The position numbers were made by a program, and so were the translations under genes. The notes under the pieces were generated by a model that was given only the letters and a program-made list of their open reading frames with translations, made no database searches and was not told where the DNA came from. Shown here one piece after another: positions 58,789 to 64,000 of a stretch of DNA of 64,000 bases. The stretch's first letter is position 1. Every line of letters starts with the position of its first letter. The stretch is from Microcoleaceae cyanobacterium (GTDB lineage: Bacteria > Cyanobacteriota > Cyanobacteriia > Cyanobacteriales > Microcoleaceae): contig JBOFUV010000133.1 of assembly GCA_051652765.1 (NCBI GenBank), positions 1 through 64,000 of the forward strand. Direction: 5' to 3'.

Positions 58789-59805
58789 TCAAGGGATTCG
58801 TTGTAGGGCCTGAGCGAGGGCTTGGCTAACCCATTGATTCCCTGCAGGGCTGAGATGGATGTGATCTCGGTAAAGGCTTTGAGGGTGAGTTGTGGCGTTC
58901 AGTGGATCGAGAAAGTCGATATAAAAAATCTGTTCTACTTGGGTCAAATCTTTCAAGCGGTGGCGAGCTTTGATCTCATAGTCCCTGGGGCCGGGTTCCC
59001 CCAGCTCTCGCAACAGGGGGGTCATGGCTAAGATAAACTCAGCCCGGTTTTGGGTGGCGATCGCCCGAATCTGTTGAATTGCGTCTAGGTTGAGTCCAAC
59101 TAAGTCTTGAGGCTGGGGTTCTGCCGGAGGTGGAACGGGTTGAGATTTAGCAAAGTAGCGCTTGAAAACCTCAATGACCGCTAAAGCGGGCTTGTGATCA
59201 GGGTAGTTGCGATCGCGCCCGACAATTCCAGGATTAGGTCTACCTGCAAATAAATCATCTGTGTTAATCAAGAGCACAATCACTTGGGCCTGGAATGTGC
59301 CGAAATGTTGTAGATAGGCAAGTTGGTTGGGGGGGCCCCAAGAGTTGGCGGAGGCATTGAGGACTTCTATAAAATGCAACGGGTCTTGAAGATTTAATCG
59401 TTCTAAGCTTGGTTTCAAGCCTGGTTTCAAGTGTTGTTGTAGGTGTTGTTTCAAGTGTTGTTGTAAGTCAAAACTCAAGGTTAACTGCTGTTCTAGCAAG
59501 GCCGAGAGGGTTTCTGACTGATCAGTCCACCAAGCTCCATTGACAATCGAATCCCCCAAAAGTAAAACCCTGAGGGTGGAAGCCTGAGGTGAGGGAGAAA
59601 TACTCCCACTTCGCATAGAATATTCATTAATGGCGATCCGATTGCCAAATCGACGAGTCTTTTGGGAGGGAGCTAATAGGTATCCAATCTCTGGATCTGC
59701 TAAGTACAATAGGGGACTGCCAAAGCCAAACAGCAGCCGCAAGCCTATTTCAAGGGCGATCGCCAATCCAATCAGCAAAATTCCAATCACTAGGGCAGCT
59801 TTCAC
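58789..59805 (-). CDS. SGNH/GDSL-family hydrolase with N-terminal TM
   Basis: LLGDSI, VLNASANSWG, INTDD, DHIHLSPAGN. Confidence 0.88.
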   Translation of the reverse strand: MKAALVIGILLIGLAIALEIGLRLLFGFGSPLLYLADPEIGYLLAPSQKTRRFGNRIAINEYSMRSGSISPSPQASTLRVLLLGDSIVNGAWWTDQSETLSALLEQQLTLSFDLQQHLKQHLQQHLKPGLKPSLERLNLQDPLHFIEVLNASANSWGPPNQLAYLQHFGTFQAQVIVLLINTDDLFAGRPNPGIVGRDRNYPDHKPALAVIEVFKRYFAKSQPVPPPAEPQPQDLVGLNLDAIQQIRAIATQNRAEFILAMTPLLRELGEPGPRDYEIKARHRLKDLTQVEQIFYIDFLDPLNATTHPQSLYRDHIHLSPAGNQWVSQALAQALQRIP

Positions 59806-60007
59806 TACAATGCCTTCAATGAACCTTCCTTCAGAAGGTTATCAGTCATGGGGAGCAGTTACCGATAAAATTTTAGATGTATGTTTTGTGTACGTTTGAT
59901 ATGCAGTTTCAAGCGGCTGATTTTAAGACCAACCTATTTTCTCTGAATTTGAGTTTGCACTCAGTTGGGTTAATAGCTCAGGCATTTTGTGGGCTGAAGG
60001 GAAACCT

Positions 60008-60877
60008 GTGAACTTAGAGCAAATCTTTAAAACTGATCATCCCGTTATTGGTGTCGTCCATCTTTTGCCACTCCCAACCTCTCCACGTTGGGGAGGGAAT
60101 CTTCGTGAAGTGATTGACCGAGCCGAACAGGAAGCCACCGCTCTTGCTTCGGGTGGCGTGAATGGCATCATTGTAGAAAACTTTTTTGATGCCCCCTTTG
60201 CCAAAGATCAGGTCAATCCGGCAGTGATTAGTGCAATGACCTTGATTGTGCACCGCTTGATGAACTTGATCACTCTGCCCATCGGTGTAAATGTTCTCCG
60301 CAATGATGCCCATAGCGGGTTGGCGATCGCCGCTTGTACAGAGGCCCAATTTATCCGAGTCAACGTTCTGAATGGGGTCATGGCCACGGATCAAGGGCTA
60401 ATTGAGGGCAATGCTCATCAATTGCTCCGGTATCGGCGGGAGTTGGGGTGTGATGTTAAAATTCTAGCTGACGTATTGGTCAAACACGGTCGCTCCTTAA
60501 GTACTCCAAATATCACTACCGCCGTGGTTGAAACTGCCGAACGCGCCTTAGCCGATGGGGTGATCTTATCCGGTTGGGCCACGGGACATCCCCCGAGTTT
60601 AGAAGATCTAGAACTAGCCTGTGCGGCAGCAGGAAGTACTCCAGTTTTCATTGGCAGTGGTGCAACCTGGGAAAACATTCCAAAACTAATTCAAGCTGCG
60701 AATGGGGTGATCGTTTCAAGTTCCCTCAAGCGTCATGGGCGAATTCACCAACCGATTGATCCCAGTCGGGTTCAGCAGTTTGTTGAGGCTATGGGTCGAG
60801 GTCTTGCTGCCCCAGAACGGTATCAAGACTGGCCCATTCAGCCAGAAAAAGCCCAAGTGCCATTCAAGAATTCTTAA
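60008..60877 (+). CDS. btpA: Photosystem I biogenesis protein BtpA
   Basis: IGVVHLLPLP, VENFFDAPF, GVNVLRND, ADVLVKH, IGSGA. Confidence 0.93.
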   Translation: MNLEQIFKTDHPVIGVVHLLPLPTSPRWGGNLREVIDRAEQEATALASGGVNGIIVENFFDAPFAKDQVNPAVISAMTLIVHRLMNLITLPIGVNVLRNDAHSGLAIAACTEAQFIRVNVLNGVMATDQGLIEGNAHQLLRYRRELGCDVKILADVLVKHGRSLSTPNITTAVVETAERALADGVILSGWATGHPPSLEDLELACAAAGSTPVFIGSGATWENIPKLIQAANGVIVSSSLKRHGRIHQPIDPSRVQQFVEAMGRGLAAPERYQDWPIQPEKAQVPFKNS

Positions 60878-60885
60878 GGCTTTCC

Positions 60886-62058
60886 CTAGCTATAACGAAT
60901 CCCTGCGGCTTTCATCCGTTGAATGGCTTGCTGAATTTTGTCTTCAGGAGTAGTTAAAGTCATTCTGACAAAACCCTCTCCTGCTTTGCCGTAGCCATTT
61001 CCAGGAGGCACAACAATCCCACAAGTCTCAAGCAACAGCGTCACAAATTCCATTGAAGTATATCCTGCTGGCACGGGAACCCAAAGATACAACGTTGCTT
61101 TGGGAGGGTCAATGGCCCATCCCAGGGACTTTAATCCATTGACGAGAACATCCCGGCGATGTTGGTAGACCCCAGTCAGGGCTGCCAAATCCTGTGCTGA
61201 GGTTGAAAATGCAGTGATGGCAGCCTGTTGAATTGCTTTAAACACCCCTGAGTCAACATTGCTTTTCACCTGACTCAAGCCTTGAATGCCAATCGCATTC
61301 CCCACAACAAAGCCAATCCGCCAACCTGTCATATTGTAGGACTTCGATAGGCTGTGAAATTCTAGGGCAATCTCTCTAGCGCCCGGAACTTGCAACACAC
61401 TGGGCGATCGGTAGCCATCATAGGTAATTTCAGAGTAAGCATGATCATGACAAAGCAAGATATTGTAAGTCTTGCAAAACTCAACCATTTCAGCAAAATC
61501 CTTCAGGGTTGCGACTGCCCCGGTCGGGTTATTGGGATAGTTGACCCAAAGCAGTTTGGCATTCTGAGCAACGGCTTCTGGAATGACCGTCAGATCCAGG
61601 AGAAAACCGTTTTCAGCCGTTAACGGAATCGGATAGGGCTCTCCCCCGGCAAATAAAGTTGACGTTCGGTAGACGGGATAACCCGGATCAGGAACTAATA
61701 CCAAATCCCCTTCCTGAACAAAGGCTAAAGCCGTGTTGTGAATGGCTTCTTTGGAACCGATGGAAGAAATTGCCTCTGTTTCTGGATCAAGCCCCATGAC
61801 CCCAAAGCGACGCTCCATCCAATCAACGACAGCTTGACGGTACGGCTGAATTCCTCGTTGGGGAGGATAATTGTGAGTTTCAGGAGACGCAATTGCCGCC
61901 TGCATTGCTTCAATAATTGGTCGTAGCGTGGGCTGATCTGGATCACCAATGGCCATATCAATCAGATCTACGCCTTGAGCCAGTAGCTGCTGTCGTTTTT
62001 GATTAATTTCCGTGAATAGATACGGTGGAATTTTCTCAAGGCGCTTTGCAAACTCCAT
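60886..62058 (-). CDS. Class I/II PLP aminotransferase (LL-diaminopimelate aminotransferase-like)
   Basis: IPPYLF, IGDPD, NYPNNPTGA, HDHAYSE, SLSKSYNMTGWRIG. Confidence 0.88.
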   Translation of the reverse strand: MEFAKRLEKIPPYLFTEINQKRQQLLAQGVDLIDMAIGDPDQPTLRPIIEAMQAAIASPETHNYPPQRGIQPYRQAVVDWMERRFGVMGLDPETEAISSIGSKEAIHNTALAFVQEGDLVLVPDPGYPVYRTSTLFAGGEPYPIPLTAENGFLLDLTVIPEAVAQNAKLLWVNYPNNPTGAVATLKDFAEMVEFCKTYNILLCHDHAYSEITYDGYRSPSVLQVPGAREIALEFHSLSKSYNMTGWRIGFVVGNAIGIQGLSQVKSNVDSGVFKAIQQAAITAFSTSAQDLAALTGVYQHRRDVLVNGLKSLGWAIDPPKATLYLWVPVPAGYTSMEFVTLLLETCGIVVPPGNGYGKAGEGFVRMTLTTPEDKIQQAIQRMKAAGIRYS

Positions 62059-62079
62059 GGCGATCGATACAACATGCTG

Positions 62080-62123
62080 CAGGGCTACAGTAGAATTTCT
62101 CTCATCATACTACTGTAGCCCTG
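62080..62123. terminator. 14-bp inverted repeat between the small ORF and the aminotransferase
   Basis: cagggctacagtag ... ctactgtagccctg with a 16-nt loop; no clear U-tract. Confidence 0.5.
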
Positions 62124-62134
62124 ACTCAAGAAAC

Positions 62135-62329
62135 CTAAGAACTAGGGACAAGCTTAATCCGTCCTGCGTCCATTTCCTCCATTAACAGTTCTAGTGCTTC
62201 ATAGTCAGTGTCGGAAATGTAACCCAATCGAGTGAGTTCTGAGTTGATTTCATCTTCAATCTCAGGAGTTAGACGCTTAACATAGAGCGCTTTTGAAACC
62301 AGCTTTCGAATAATATTGGTGGCAACCAT
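62135..62329 (-). CDS. Small conserved hypothetical protein (64 aa)
   Basis: Amphipathic helical pattern IRKLV.KAL...LT...D.EAL.LL....G.I. Confidence 0.72.
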   Translation of the reverse strand: MVATNIIRKLVSKALYVKRLTPEIEDEINSELTRLGYISDTDYEALELLMEEMDAGRIKLVPSS

Positions 62330-62988
62330 ACTTTATCTGAACAACTCCGCTTAATCTAATTCTCTAACGAGTCCCTAGTCTGATTTGTGATCCAAACCTA
62401 AAATTTAAAGTGATTTCAGTCACTTTTTTTTCACGATCTTGATTTGCAGCTATCCCAAATCAGTTGGGGAAAAACTAAAGAGAAGCTTGGGAAAAGTTCC
62501 TCAGAACGGGGAACATCCTTCATCCCGTTTTAAAATTTGTTGGTGCAAATCTTTGATACAAATAGCTAGAGGGTTCTCTTCTTATTAGACATCACATCCT
62601 TTTTACAGGTTCTAATCTACAAGTTCTAATCTGCAAGTTCTAACCTAGTCCACTTGAAGAACGAAAGCAGACTATAGCAATCCGGAATGATTTGTGAGAG
62701 TCTCAGTAGTGCAGACTCAAGCCTGTACAGACAAGATGCTACTCCAATTCTCAATCAAATCAAGTTCACAGTTAAGTCACATTCACATAAATCACGTTCA
62801 CAATCAAATCAAGTTGGGTTCTGCAGGCTTGACACCAACTGAGACAGCCAATAACACGTTTAGTAGACCCCTTTCTGATCTGATGGTTGAGCTTGGGGAC
62901 AAGTTAAACTGTAGTGATGGCTGGATTTGAGGAAGTTGTGACCGTCAACTATCGTACAACAATATCGTAAAGCGAGGTGAAATTAACC

Positions 62989-64000
62989 GTGGCAGTAGCA
63001 GTAGAAAAATTAATCACCCCCGATATTCATCAACCTGCCCGTTATTTAGGCAACGAACTCGGGGCTAAACACAAACCTTGGGACTCGGCTCAAGTCCGCT
63101 GGGCGTTGACCTATCCTGAAATTTATGAAGTTGGGGCCTCTAACCTGGGGCACATTATTCTCTACAACATCCTCAATACCCAACCTCGGCAACTCTGCGA
63201 TCGCGCCTATCTTCCGGCTCCAGATTTGGCAGAGAAACTGCGAGCCACTCAAACCCCTTTGTTTGCCGTTGAGTCCCGTCGGGCCTTGAGTGAGTTTGAT
63301 ATCCTGGGATTTAGCCTCAGCTACGAACTTGGGGCAACTAATATTCTAGAAATGTTGGATTTGGCAGGAATTCCCCTCACCTGGCAAGCACGTCAACAGG
63401 CTAATCGCAAAACCCCTTGGGGAGAGTTGCCGCTGATTTTTGCTGGGGGGCAGACCGCAACCTCCAATCCAGAACCCTACGCTGACTTCTTTGATTTTGT
63501 GGTGTTGGGGGATGGGGAAGAGCTACTGCCAGAAATTGGCCTTGTGCTTGAGGAAGGCAAAGCCCAGGGCCTGACCCGTGAGGCGCTGCTGCTGGACTTG
63601 GCTCAAGTGCCCGGTGTGTATGTCCCTCAATTTTACGATATGGCCAAGGATGGCTCCGTCCACCCAAACCGTCTTGATGTTCCAGAGCGGATTTTGCGGC
63701 GGGTTGCAACCCCAATGCCGACCTATTCTATCCGCATGGTGCCTCTGGTTGAAACGGTACATGACCGGTTAGTGATTGAGGTGCGGCGAGGTTGCACTAG
63801 GGGATGCCGGTTTTGTCAACCGGGAATGTTGACTCGTCCAGCTCGGGATGTGGAACCTGAACAGGTGATTTCAGCAATTGAGCAGGGCATGAAAGCTACT
63901 GGATACAATGAATTTTCCTTACTGTCCCTGAGTTGTTCGGACTATTTGGCGTTGCCCAGTGTCGGCATTGAGCTAAAAAACCGTCTCAAGGATCAAAATA
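62989..64000 (+). CDS. B12-binding-like radical SAM protein (TIGR03960-type), 3' truncated; not in the ORF track
   Basis: GTG after gaggtg gives MAVAVEKLITPDIHQPARYLGNE...YPEIYEVGASNLG...SYELGATN...GDGEE...CTRGCRFC (CxxxCxxC at 63793-63816); open to the window end. Confidence 0.92.
   Translation, partial: MAVAVEKLITPDIHQPARYLGNELGAKHKPWDSAQVRWALTYPEIYEVGASNLGHIILYNILNTQPRQLCDRAYLPAPDLAEKLRATQTPLFAVESRRALSEFDILGFSLSYELGATNILEMLDLAGIPLTWQARQQANRKTPWGELPLIFAGGQTATSNPEPYADFFDFVVLGDGEELLPEIGLVLEEGKAQGLTREALLLDLAQVPGVYVPQFYDMAKDGSVHPNRLDVPERILRRVATPMPTYSIRMVPLVETVHDRLVIEVRRGCTRGCRFCQPGMLTRPARDVEPEQVISAIEQGMKATGYNEFSLLSLSCSDYLALPSVGIELKNRLKDQN

Noticed and set aside
62694..62930. 78-aa ORF upstream of the radical SAM gene
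   Set aside because: No motif, lies in a repeat-containing promoter region; probably spurious.

Overview
Cyanobacterial chromosomal DNA (frequent HIP1 GCGATCGC sites, psbB-psbT, btpA, crtR, NtcA box). Bases 1-17441 hold the 3' part of a co-oriented biosynthetic cluster that starts upstream of the window. It comprises the KR-DH end of a PfaA/HglE-like type I PKS, an ACP-less KS-AT-DH-PPTase PKS, a stand-alone ACP, a PqqD/RRE-like + degenerate M50-like + HlyD fusion, a small unknown protein, two probably lipid-anchored GHSYG hydrolases, a 7-repeat beta-propeller-like protein, a stand-alone sulfotransferase resembling the CurM/OLS ST domain, and a TPR protein. This cluster is the best candidate for an undescribed system, probably making and exporting a sulfated lipid/polyketide or an olefin. 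The remainder is mostly core genome: FHA/fraH/pgl, lpt genes, an nblB-like gene, an adenylate cyclase, hpnB, crtR, lepB, recJ, pheA, purE, amt1, a CuA-less terminal oxidase operon with a GMC oxidoreductase, cobQ, metK, rpsA with a long acidic repeat tail, nrdR, psbT, psbB, btpA, a PLP aminotransferase and a radical SAM gene cut by the window end. psbT and the radical SAM gene are missing from the ORF track. Short 11-15 nt tandem duplications and REP-like dispersed repeats occur throughout. No tRNA, rRNA, CRISPR array or transposase was seen. All family calls come from motif reading, not database searches.
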